This document shows positions 1-8,642 of a stretch of 32,369 bases of DNA, piece by piece. The notes under the pieces were generated by a model that ran no database searches, was not told where the DNA came from, and saw nothing but the letters and a program-made list of their open reading frames with translations. The translations under genes and the position numbers were made by a program. The DNA is taken from positions 8,827 through 41,195 of the forward strand of contig CAZFHM010000001.1 in NCBI GenBank assembly GCA_964518825.1, written 5' to 3'. How positions within the stretch are numbered: position 1 is the first letter of the stretch; each line of letters opens with the position of its first letter. This DNA is from an uncultured Pirellulales bacterium (lineage in GTDB: Bacteria > Planctomycetota > Phycisphaerae > Sedimentisphaerales > Anaerobacaceae).

Positions 1-76
1 GCTATCTTAAATTTTCTTATTATTCTATCTCCTTCCTGTTTCTCAATGAGTCACTCATAAATGCTGATGTGCGACG

Positions 77-955
77 TTAATATGCTTTCGCTGACTCATT
101 ATCCCAGAAATGTTCATAAAACTCGCTTTTTGCCCAAACGTCATTGATATTAACACCCCGAAGCTTTCTGGTTGTTATAATGTCTTTAAAATATAAACAC
201 TTAAATAATAATGATATCTGAAACAGACGAGTTAATAATAAACGACTCCATCTGGATTTACTGTAAGCATCGTATAAATCTTCACTTTCTTTCTTACATA
301 AATCGTCCAATGTGGCACCTTTCGATGTTGAATGCTTCCGGAAAAAAGCCAGGGGCCGCCTGACCAAAGTAACTTTTGCATCAGCTCTAATCATTCGCGT
401 CCAAAGTTCTGTGTCCATCGCGACATGAAGTGACAAATTTAATCCACCAACCTCATCATATTGGGACCGCCTGAAAAATGTCCCAGGCTGAGATATAGTC
501 TGAATACCTTGACTGGAAAGATTTCGCCACAAAGGTCGAGAACCGACAAAACGAATTATGTTACTATGCTCATCACACCAGCATACTGAGCCGGATAAAA
601 TATCGGGATTACTTTGCTGGATGATTTTATTCGCATAAAAAAGTGAGCCTGGCAAGAGGGCGTCATCTGAATTAAGCCACAATAACCAATCACCGCTCCC
701 CTTGGCAAAACCTCGACTTATAGCGTCACTTTGTCCTCCATCCGGTTCACTTACCCATGAAGCCAAGTATGATTCATAGCGCTTAATTACTTCAACACTG
801 TTATCCGCACTGCCCCCATCCATTACTATAATTTCCAAATGTGGGTATCCCTGATTAATTAAAGAATGTAATGCCTCGTCTAAAAAATTGCCCTGGTTAT
901 ATGAAGGAACTACCGCAGTAAAATGTACATAATTGCCCAATTCAATACTCCCCAT
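77..955 (-). CDS. Family-2 glycosyltransferase (GT-A fold)
   Basis: ORF 77..1018. The motifs 'FTAVVPSYNQGNFLDEALHSLINQGYPHLEIIVMDGGSADNS' and 'WLNSDD' (DXD-type) are typical of GT2. I placed the start at ATG 955 (MGSIELG...), 12 aa before the first beta-strand and overlapping the upstream gene's stop by 14 nt. ATG 991 or the 1018 start are alternatives. Confidence 0.85.
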   Translation of the reverse strand: MGSIELGNYVHFTAVVPSYNQGNFLDEALHSLINQGYPHLEIIVMDGGSADNSVEVIKRYESYLASWVSEPDGGQSDAISRGFAKGSGDWLLWLNSDDALLPGSLFYANKIIQQSNPDILSGSVCWCDEHSNIIRFVGSRPLWRNLSSQGIQTISQPGTFFRRSQYDEVGGLNLSLHVAMDTELWTRMIRADAKVTLVRRPLAFFRKHSTSKGATLDDLCKKESEDLYDAYSKSRWSRLLLTRLFQISLLFKCLYFKDIITTRKLRGVNINDVWAKSEFYEHFWDNESAKAY

Positions 956-2276
956 AATATTCCGGTAACAATAAATCTTGCCCTGATTCATAAGAATCAT
1001 AATAATATTCATCTTCAACGGGTAAATAAAAACGGTATGCTTTTAATGCTGCCCCAAGAACTATACCCATATACAATGATTCTCTTTCACCTTTTAGACC
1101 GCCGGTCAAGCCGCTTAATATACTTAAGAAAAAGGAACTTGTTATTGCCAATGCCCCTATTGCTCGTAAATCAGGATACGGAGAACGAACTAACTTTCTG
1201 CCAACTTTAAAAGCCGTTATAAGTACAACAAGCAGAGTGAACAAAGCCATTAACCCACCTTCAGCCAATATATTGGTATAGGCATTATGGCCAAAAGCTA
1301 TGCGTTCGCCACTGGTACCGGCATAAACAAAAAGAGAAAGATAACCCCAGCCGGCTCCAAACAAAATAGTGCTTTTCATCCAGGTCTTAAACTCAAATTT
1401 TAAAGATATCAATCTGGACATATAAGGATTTTCCGCTACATCCCCAGTGATAAAAAGCGTCTCTATGCGCGTCTTAATAATACTTACTATATCAAGCTTT
1501 AAAAAGACAGTCGCAAGTAATATCCCGATAAACAACGCAAGGGCTACCCATACAAAAGATGTCAATAACATACGCCAGGAGCGCTCTCGTAAATCTTCAG
1601 GTGTTAACCAAACTGTTGCGAATATCGTAACAAACAAAGGAATCCATTCACTTCGCGATAAAGTACTGAAGCTGGCAAGCAAACTGAATACAAATAAGAC
1701 CAGGAATGTTTTAGGCTTATAATATCCCCTGTTAATAGCACCGCAATATATAAGAAAAGCTGCAAAGATACCTGCTGTGAATGTACTATACGATATTGTC
1801 CTGACCTGGTTAATATCCCTGGAAATCTGATATGCACTGGTACCTCTTGCAAAATCATACGCAACCAGGAAAAACATAATGAAACAAAGCCAACCTATTA
1901 ATTTTATCATACGGCGAACATCGGTAAGATTTCTTATCGCCAAATAACCACAAAGCAGACCGGCCGGAAGTTTATAAAAAATCTTCAAGGACTGAAATAC
2001 ACCGTACAACGGAACGCCTCTGTACAGGCCAACCGCTGTGCTTGCTAATCCGGAAATAATGTAAAGGCCCATGATTGTCAATAAAATATTCTTCTTGCTG
2101 CTATCAATCTCCTCAGGACGACGAAAAGAACTAACAAAAACATTCAACAACGTAAACAAAATACAAAATTCATATATATTGATTGGTACTTGACCTATAT
2201 AAAGGCGATGTTCTAAAACGATCTTATGAATGTTTACAACCAATATTGTGATTAGTAATAAGTACAAGCCAAACAT
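942..2276 (-). CDS. O-antigen ligase / Wzy-type polymerase family membrane protein
   Basis: 444-aa polytopic membrane protein with about 10 or more hydrophobic segments. It has a 'FSTLSRSEWIPLF' segment and a C-terminal 'LFGAGWGY' segment like the Wzy_C/O-antigen ligase domain. It sits between a glycosyltransferase and an acyltransferase in a glycan locus. Confidence 0.7.
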   Translation of the reverse strand: MFGLYLLLITILVVNIHKIVLEHRLYIGQVPINIYEFCILFTLLNVFVSSFRRPEEIDSSKKNILLTIMGLYIISGLASTAVGLYRGVPLYGVFQSLKIFYKLPAGLLCGYLAIRNLTDVRRMIKLIGWLCFIMFFLVAYDFARGTSAYQISRDINQVRTISYSTFTAGIFAAFLIYCGAINRGYYKPKTFLVLFVFSLLASFSTLSRSEWIPLFVTIFATVWLTPEDLRERSWRMLLTSFVWVALALFIGILLATVFLKLDIVSIIKTRIETLFITGDVAENPYMSRLISLKFEFKTWMKSTILFGAGWGYLSLFVYAGTSGERIAFGHNAYTNILAEGGLMALFTLLVVLITAFKVGRKLVRSPYPDLRAIGALAITSSFFLSILSGLTGGLKGERESLYMGIVLGAALKAYRFYLPVEDEYYYDSYESGQDLLLPEYYGEY

Positions 2277-2329
2277 AAAAATCTCTTTAACTCAAGTTAA
2301 GATTTTTTTGTAAACATATATAGTATCTA

Positions 2330-2947
2330 TCAATCAGTTTTTACCTTGCCAATCTCTCTCGCAGGAACTCCAGCTACAATAGTTCCAGGAGCAACATCAC
2401 GCGTCACAACCGAACGCGCCGCAACCACTGCCCCTGAACCAATCGTTACACCTTTTAGCACCATCGACTCTGCCCCCAACCAGGCATCTTTACAAATCAA
2501 TATGCGTCCTTTTTTAATAGCGCTGACATCTTTGTTTCTACGACTAACCGTATGTATCGGATGAAAATCACTATCATATATTTTTACATTTACTCCAAGT
2601 AAAACGTTATCTTCTATTGTTATCTCTTCGACACAAAAAAGGATTGCACCTGAGATGCCAACATTATTTCCAATATGAATACACGAATCAGGGCTTTGAG
2701 CACAAAGCACCGTTCTGTGGGAAATGCCAGCCATGTTTTCCGATAATTTGTTATATATCGTAACATTAGAGCCCAACTTTATTGTTGCACGTGAATTGCG
2801 ATAACATATTGGGAAAGAATAAATACAAAGATTTTTGCCAAACTTGACACCACACATTCTTAAATAGATTCGTACCAATACAGATGCAATGCACTGTTTC
2901 AGATATTTCTGAAATCGATATAACTTATAGCATAGAGTTGTTAACAC
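2330..2947 (-). CDS. Left-handed beta-helix (hexapeptide-repeat) sugar O-acyltransferase, WcaF/WbbJ-like
   Basis: Hexapeptide repeats: 'IGNNVGISGAILFCVEEITIEDNVLLGVNVKIY' and 'ICKDAWLGAESMVLKGVTIGSGAVVAARSVVTRDVAPGTIVAGVPAREIG'. The ORF-track start at 2947 is a GTG, so the exact start is uncertain. Confidence 0.8.
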   Translation of the reverse strand: MLTTLCYKLYRFQKYLKQCIASVLVRIYLRMCGVKFGKNLCIYSFPICYRNSRATIKLGSNVTIYNKLSENMAGISHRTVLCAQSPDSCIHIGNNVGISGAILFCVEEITIEDNVLLGVNVKIYDSDFHPIHTVSRRNKDVSAIKKGRILICKDAWLGAESMVLKGVTIGSGAVVAARSVVTRDVAPGTIVAGVPAREIGKVKTD

Positions 2948-3098
2948 TAATTTGGTCTTTCCAAAATTCTTTTGTGGGTTCTGCCTGTCTTGATAGTTTC
3001 TACATTAAGACTGATTTTGAATGATTAGCCTTAATTATATGCATTACATCAATCTTTCATGTCGGTTAAAAAGTTTTTAGATTTTATTAGAACGCATT

Positions 3099-3515
3099 TC
3101 ATAACCTCCTGAGGGTTATGACAAGGCAAGCGATATGAAAGAACGTATTATAGACGACAATATCACGATTCCATCTGACAACCAGTCGGCGATTATTGCC
3201 CAGCTACGAAAAAGTCCGCTCAACCTTATAGCGACGTTTATAACGCCGCATCTTGCGGCCATCATAGTATTTTTGCTGCTTGTTGTTGCTCCTGTACGGG
3301 CAAATCAACTCAACACCTTTGTCACGCAGGCATTTGCGAAGCCCATCACAATCGTATCCCTTGTCGGCAATCAGCCACTTCGGTTTTTTCCGCGGACGGC
3401 CTTGTCCTTTACGCGGCCCCGCGACATTGTTCAGCGTTTTTTCGAGCAGCTTGACTTGCGAGGGTGACGCAGAGTCCAGGTGTTTTGCCAGAGGAACACC
3501 TTGTCGGGCGCAAGC
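3099..3515 (-). pseudogene. 5'-truncated, stop-interrupted IS5/IS4-type DDE transposase remnant (C-terminal third only)
   Basis: My own minus-strand translation gives 'ACARQGVPLAKHLDSASPSQVKLLEKTLNNVAGPRKGQGRPRKKPKWLIADKGYDCDGLRKCLRDKGVELICPYRSNNKQQKYYDGRKMRRYKRRYKVERTFS*LGNNRRLVVRWNRDIVVYNTFFHIACLVITLRRL*'. This carries the 'ADKGYD' and 'Y..R..VER.F.WL...RRL..R(Y/W)' signature of IS5-group transposases. An in-frame TAG at 3204..3206 sits where the conserved Trp (TGG) is expected. The reading frame begins just after a TAA at 3516..3518, so no N-terminal two-thirds is present. The plus-strand ORFs 3135..3467 and 3280..3519 are antisense shadows of this remnant. Confidence 0.8.
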
Positions 3516-3532
3516 TTAAACTCTACAAATAC

Positions 3533-4900
3533 TTAGGTTACGAAATGGCTTGCAAGCATCTTCCTGTCAATTCGCTTTAACTGCCATACCAAAAAGATTG
3601 TCGAAGTACCCATTCCAAGCATTACCGCGTAAAAGATGTGGGTAGCAATTAAATCTGGAGCAATTATGGCATACATTATAACAATAGCCACGTTTACAAA
3701 AAATTGAATACCCATTGCAATAAAGCAGTGACGAATTCTTCCGCATCCCATATGTATATAGTATGCCGGAACACCAAGTAAGCTAAAAAATGTTGCTATC
3801 ATCATTATACGGAATGCTGGAGGTATGTTGTTATTAAAACTGGTTTGCAGCCATATCTTCAACAGTACTTTAGCAAAGATAAACAGAGCAACAAACAGCG
3901 GCGCCCCTAAAACAAAAATGAGTTTTAAGGCCCTTTGATTGATAGCTTTTATCCTTTCATGCGTCTGAACTGTCATATTAGCGCCAATACGGCTTACCTC
4001 AGGCATTATTGCGCGAAGCGATGCCTCTATCACACCTCGAATCTGCATTGAAGCCCTGAATGCAATATCATAGATTGGAATAGAAGCCACCCCCGCATAC
4101 CGCGACAACATCAATTTATTAAAAGGGTCTAACAGAATGACCATTATTGAACCACCAAATATGCCACTTCCAAAACTCAACAGTTTTTTTAACCGTTGCC
4201 AACTCCAATTGCTCTGCTGAAAGAAACGAAAATTAACCTTTTTCCGAATAAACATAAGACATATAATACTAATAGCAACATATGAAATTGTGTTGCCTAT
4301 AAGAAGACTTTCTATCCCGCCACGAAGAAAAAGCAGTGATGTCGACATAATTACTGCTATAATTCTGCCGGCTGCCTGAATGTAATTCGATATATCCATT
4401 CGGCCCAAACCGGAAAGAGTAGCATTTAGCACCTGAACCTGAAAAACATACGCCGAGAGAATTCCTATATAAGGAAGCAGTCGAGATACAATTTGCGAAT
4501 TATCAAGACTTATCCCGAATGCATTTATGATATGAACTTTGAAAACAATTATAGATAATAAGACGATGGCTCCCATAACAGTCAACATCGCCAGTGCCAT
4601 CATAACATAACTTTGCACACCATGGATATTGCCAAAACCGTATTCCTCGGCAACAAGTTTTATTACTGCCTGGTTCAGGCCAAGCATACCTAATTGCGCA
4701 AAAGTTAATACAACTGATAGAATCAGCCAAAGACCGTATTTCTCATATCCAAGAAGATGAAGGTATATCGGGTAAGATATTCCCAGCATAAGCATATTCA
4801 CGGCGGTTAAAACTATCCCCGAAACCATATTGCGCCGCAACTGAGAGCCAAAAGCCTGGGTATATAATCTTGAAAAATAGGGGTGTATTTTGTTAATCAT
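3533..4900 (-). CDS. Wzx-type oligosaccharide flippase (MOP/polysaccharide biosynthesis protein family)
   Basis: 455-aa protein with about 12-14 hydrophobic helices. Its size and topology fit Wzx/RfbX flippases, and it lies within the glycan locus. Confidence 0.75.
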   Translation of the reverse strand: MINKIHPYFSRLYTQAFGSQLRRNMVSGIVLTAVNMLMLGISYPIYLHLLGYEKYGLWLILSVVLTFAQLGMLGLNQAVIKLVAEEYGFGNIHGVQSYVMMALAMLTVMGAIVLLSIIVFKVHIINAFGISLDNSQIVSRLLPYIGILSAYVFQVQVLNATLSGLGRMDISNYIQAAGRIIAVIMSTSLLFLRGGIESLLIGNTISYVAISIICLMFIRKKVNFRFFQQSNWSWQRLKKLLSFGSGIFGGSIMVILLDPFNKLMLSRYAGVASIPIYDIAFRASMQIRGVIEASLRAIMPEVSRIGANMTVQTHERIKAINQRALKLIFVLGAPLFVALFIFAKVLLKIWLQTSFNNNIPPAFRIMMIATFFSLLGVPAYYIHMGCGRIRHCFIAMGIQFFVNVAIVIMYAIIAPDLIATHIFYAVMLGMGTSTIFLVWQLKRIDRKMLASHFVT

Positions 4901-4917
4901 ACCAATTAAAAAATTAC

Positions 4918-6840
4918 TTATTTTAACCTCTGAAAAAAATTCTTTTTTAAATATTTATCTCTGCCCTCGACCATATAATCCCAAACACCTGCTTTCCATG
5001 TTTGCACACGTGCTTTCTCTAAAGAAGTTTTAGCTGATTGCTCTGCGGTTCTTATATAAGAACCTAACTCTTCCATTCGCTCTGCGGTACCAAGATATTT
5101 CCAGGCTATTTTTTCTGTCTGGTGAAATTGCCGGCTTTCTGTTTGAACCTCGACCGGGTAATTTGAAGAATCACTGAAAATCTCCTCAATCCTCAAATAA
5201 AAACGCTTCATAGGCTCAGACGCACTGCCAAAATATAACTCAAAAAATTCATCTAACAATGCATCTACTTCAACTGTAGGGTCATCATATAATTTCATCG
5301 AAATGTAATAATCAAGCTGTTCGCCTATACCATCGGTAAAAACACCCCTGACTCCATCGTGATAGTACATTTTAATCTGTTCCGCAAGAGTATGCGCACT
5401 AAAACCAGGGAAAAAATGCCAACCTTGCTGAACTGCCGGCAGCATCGGAAAGCAGTAATAATCCCACACGTATATCCGATTACCTTTGTGGTTGATCCAT
5501 ATTTTATAAGCAGCTATATCATTTTCCTTCAATTTAGGCGCCCAGTAATTACGAACGTGCATACAAAGCATTATCGCAATATTAGATTCTAACTTTACCG
5601 AATCCGGGTAATAATAATAATTTGAATAGGCCAAGGTGGAAATATACTTATCCGGATGAGTCTTACGAACCTCCCTTGCCACCGAATTAACAAAATTAAA
5701 AAAATAATTGCTTGCTAAACCCGTCGAAAAAAAACCTTTATGGTTATGCTTATCTTTCGCTATTAAAGATTGACACTCATCGCATTTACACCATTGTGAA
5801 TTATCCAAAGGTACAACTGAAAAATAATCCCCCATTGCCGGCTGAACACCCTTAATCCCATGACCGTCGAAATACGCCCGAGCATCCTTTACAACCTGGT
5901 CTATTAATTGACGGTTAGTATAACACAATTGCTGATTAGTTTCGGAACGCCCGCGGGCAAAATACTCCGGATGATAACTTTCATATAACTTATTATTGCT
6001 TTGCTTATCCGGCAAAAAACGGTCCTTATAAGAATAAAAAGAATGATTACTCGCAAATTTCTCTCCGCCAACTCTCATCCTGCGCCAATAAAGAGCTAAC
6101 TCCTCATTCGTAGGATTATTCCATTGATCCGTGGTTATTGGCAACTTGCGATAGTTCCAGCTTTCCCTGTACTTTATCGAAGGGCTGCGATTCACATCGT
6201 AGCCCTCTATAAGCAGTGTTTTACGCAAAGGAAAAATTATATTTAACTCCGTAGGGCCATACCAGCGAATCCCGCAAAAACGTTCAAGAAAATCATACAC
6301 CGCATAACACGTACCTTGGTCATCAAAAAAACCAGGCAAAGTTATCATATATCTATTAGTCTTATTATTTTGCCCTGTTGCCTTATAATAATCTGTGCTT
6401 TGACGAAGTGATTGAGGTGTAGTGCCATTTGTACCTCTCCCTGTCTCTCGACGCTCCTGTTCAGTGCCTAACCAGTCACGTCCCATCAGAATAATTGAAT
6501 TAGACGAAAAACGTATCAAATATTCTTGCGATTCAAAGTCACTGTTCCGCAAACCCATCTCATTTGTTGATACACTTTCACCTACGAATATCTTTATACC
6601 TTCGGCTTCTTCAACTCTGGTAACAACAGGTAATTCAACACCGGTTATTTTCTTGATGTGATATTGTAATTCCAAAGCCCCCAATCGAGCTGAATCAGTT
6701 GGCTGGGCTGATATCACAATTGTCGATAGTGCTTTATTATCCTCAACAAGCTTGATAGCTCCAAACCCATATCCACTTCCAATAGATAGAGTAAAAAACA
6801 AACAGACAAAGATAATATATCGAAAAACCTTTCTACGCAT
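4918..6840 (-). CDS. Secreted DUF4838-like protein (glycoside-hydrolase-like, function unknown)
   Basis: It has an N-terminal signal peptide (MRRKVFRYIIFVCLFFTLSIGSGYG). The segment 'NHSFYSY...HPEYFA...LCYTN...VVPLDNSQWCKCDECQ' matches the core with a CxCxxC motif that I associate with DUF4838. This is recalled from memory and was not searched. Confidence 0.55.
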   Translation of the reverse strand: MRRKVFRYIIFVCLFFTLSIGSGYGFGAIKLVEDNKALSTIVISAQPTDSARLGALELQYHIKKITGVELPVVTRVEEAEGIKIFVGESVSTNEMGLRNSDFESQEYLIRFSSNSIILMGRDWLGTEQERRETGRGTNGTTPQSLRQSTDYYKATGQNNKTNRYMITLPGFFDDQGTCYAVYDFLERFCGIRWYGPTELNIIFPLRKTLLIEGYDVNRSPSIKYRESWNYRKLPITTDQWNNPTNEELALYWRRMRVGGEKFASNHSFYSYKDRFLPDKQSNNKLYESYHPEYFARGRSETNQQLCYTNRQLIDQVVKDARAYFDGHGIKGVQPAMGDYFSVVPLDNSQWCKCDECQSLIAKDKHNHKGFFSTGLASNYFFNFVNSVAREVRKTHPDKYISTLAYSNYYYYPDSVKLESNIAIMLCMHVRNYWAPKLKENDIAAYKIWINHKGNRIYVWDYYCFPMLPAVQQGWHFFPGFSAHTLAEQIKMYYHDGVRGVFTDGIGEQLDYYISMKLYDDPTVEVDALLDEFFELYFGSASEPMKRFYLRIEEIFSDSSNYPVEVQTESRQFHQTEKIAWKYLGTAERMEELGSYIRTAEQSAKTSLEKARVQTWKAGVWDYMVEGRDKYLKKNFFQRLK

Positions 6841-6860
6841 ATTTCAAATGTTCTTTTCTT

Positions 6861-7952
6861 TCAAGCCAGGATTGTCACTATCACATAATCCTGAATTTCA
6901 TCGGTCAGTTCGGGGTAAACAGGTAAAGCAAGTACTTCCTTTGCCGCTTTTTCAGATTCCGGAAAATCGCCTTGCTTATACCCCAAGTAACTAAAGCATT
7001 CCTGTAAGTGCATTGGTACAGGATAATAAATCTCGCAACCGATACCATTCTTCTTCAAATGCTCAAAAAGCTTGTCGCGTCGAGGAATACGAATCACGTA
7101 CTGATTGTATATTGAAACACAGTCAGGATTCACATAAGGCGTTTCGACAATACTGCCTGTAAATTTCCTGTCATAATAAGCTGCGTTTTGCCTTCTGGCC
7201 TGCGACCACTTGTTAAGATGCGGTAGTTTTACTAAAAGAGCAGCAGCCTGAATTGGGTCGAGACGAAAATTACCGCCGACATACTTGTGATAGTATTTCG
7301 GCTCGCTGCCGTGGTTTCGCATGATAAAAAGCCGATGATAAAGCTCTTCGTCATTGGTCACAATCATTCCGCCATCACCGATTCCGCCGAGATTCTTGCT
7401 TGGAAAGAAGCTGAAACATCCAGCCGTTCCGATGCTGCCGGCTTTTTTGCCCTTATAAGTGCTGGTAATCGACTGGGCTGCATCCTCTATCACATAAAGA
7501 TTGTGACGACGGGCTACTTCCATAATCGGGTCCATATCAGCCATTTGCCCGAACAGGTGTACCGGCATAATTGCTCTGGTTTTTTCAGTCACTACAGGCC
7601 CGATGAGGTCCGGGTTTATATTAAAAGTCTTAGGGTCAATATCAACAAACACCGGCCTTGCCCCAGTCCTGGCGATGCATCCGACCGTTGCAAAAAAAGT
7701 AAAAGGTGTTGTAATAACCTCATCATCCGGCCCAATATCAAGACTCATCAGTGTATTCAGAATAGCATCTGTGCCGCTTGAAACACCGACGGCATACTTA
7801 CAATCGCAGACTTCGGCAACTGCCTTTTCAAATTCGGCGACCTTAGGCCCGCCGATACACCGCTGCGATTCTAAAACCTCACTCACGGCAGCGAGAATCT
7901 CGTCCTTGATAGTGGCATACTGTGCTTTAAGGTCTAAAAGTGGTACCTGCAT
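6861..7952 (-). CDS. wbpE: DegT/DnrJ/EryC1-family PLP-dependent sugar aminotransferase (WbpE/WlbC-like)
   Basis: 'MQVPLLDLKAQY', 'VGVSSGTDAILNTLMSL', 'FSFFPSKNLGGIGDGGMIVTND' (PLP lysine motif) and 'NFRLDPIQAA'. It is the last gene of the oxidoreductase-acetyltransferase-aminotransferase trio. Confidence 0.8.
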   Translation of the reverse strand: MQVPLLDLKAQYATIKDEILAAVSEVLESQRCIGGPKVAEFEKAVAEVCDCKYAVGVSSGTDAILNTLMSLDIGPDDEVITTPFTFFATVGCIARTGARPVFVDIDPKTFNINPDLIGPVVTEKTRAIMPVHLFGQMADMDPIMEVARRHNLYVIEDAAQSITSTYKGKKAGSIGTAGCFSFFPSKNLGGIGDGGMIVTNDEELYHRLFIMRNHGSEPKYYHKYVGGNFRLDPIQAAALLVKLPHLNKWSQARRQNAAYYDRKFTGSIVETPYVNPDCVSIYNQYVIRIPRRDKLFEHLKKNGIGCEIYYPVPMHLQECFSYLGYKQGDFPESEKAAKEVLALPVYPELTDEIQDYVIVTILA

Positions 7953-7963
7953 TGATTAATCCT

Positions 7964-8635
7964 TTATCTCAATCCTTTGTCTTTTAACTCGCGGTAAGAT
8001 TTTTCCCCAACGGTCATCTCCGGTGGCAAGGGCGCCTCTTCATCCAAATCCAGGCATCTCAAAACACCGGGTTCAACTTCCTTATATTGAAAGCCGCTCT
8101 CGGGACAAATCATAATACCCTTACTATCCGCATTTTCGAGTGGAATTCCGTGCCGGCTCATCCAGCCTTTCTGTCTTGCTGGAGCGCCTATCATCAACGC
8201 GTAATCCGGCACATTCTTTGTCACGATAGCGCCTGCCGCGATAAAACAATACCGTCCTAATTCAATCCCACAGACTATTGTTGCGTTTGCACCAACTGTA
8301 GTGCCGCGACGGAGCACTGTTTCCTCGTAGAGACCATGCCGTACAACTTGTGAGCGGGGATTAGTAACATTGGTTAATACACAGCTCGGCCCCAGGAAGA
8401 CATCATCTTCTACGACAGTCCCCGTATAGATAGCCACGTTGTTCTGAACTTTCACATTGTTGCCTATGACCACGCCGCCGGCAACGAGAACGTTTTGCCC
8501 GAAAATACAGTTCTCTCCAATTCGGCAATCCTTCATAATATGGCAGAAATGCCAAATCTTTGTCCCTTTGCCGATTTGACAGGGCTGGTCCACATAAGCG
8601 GATTCATGAACAAAATAGTCTTTCTGATTACCCAT
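7964..8635 (-). CDS. wbpD: Hexapeptide-repeat N-acetyltransferase (WbpD/WlbB-like, acting on a UDP-2-acetamido-3-amino-2,3-dideoxy sugar)
   Basis: Strong resemblance along its length to WbpD as I recall it: 'IWHFCHI...IGENCIFGQNV...IGNNVKVQNNV...FLGPSCVLTNVTNPRS...GANATIVCG...YALMIGAPARQKGWMSRHG'. It lies 7 nt downstream of the oxidoreductase gene and 11 nt upstream of the aminotransferase gene. Confidence 0.75.
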   Translation of the reverse strand: MGNQKDYFVHESAYVDQPCQIGKGTKIWHFCHIMKDCRIGENCIFGQNVLVAGGVVIGNNVKVQNNVAIYTGTVVEDDVFLGPSCVLTNVTNPRSQVVRHGLYEETVLRRGTTVGANATIVCGIELGRYCFIAAGAIVTKNVPDYALMIGAPARQKGWMSRHGIPLENADSKGIMICPESGFQYKEVEPGVLRCLDLDEEAPLPPEMTVGEKSYRELKDKGLR

Positions 8636-8642
8636 TTAAGAA

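Noticed and set aside
3135-3519. Plus-strand ORFs 3135..3467 (110 aa) and 3280..3519 (79 aa).
   Set aside because: They lie antisense to the clearly recognisable transposase fragment. Their translations are low-complexity with no family resemblance, so they are shadow ORFs of the pseudogene.
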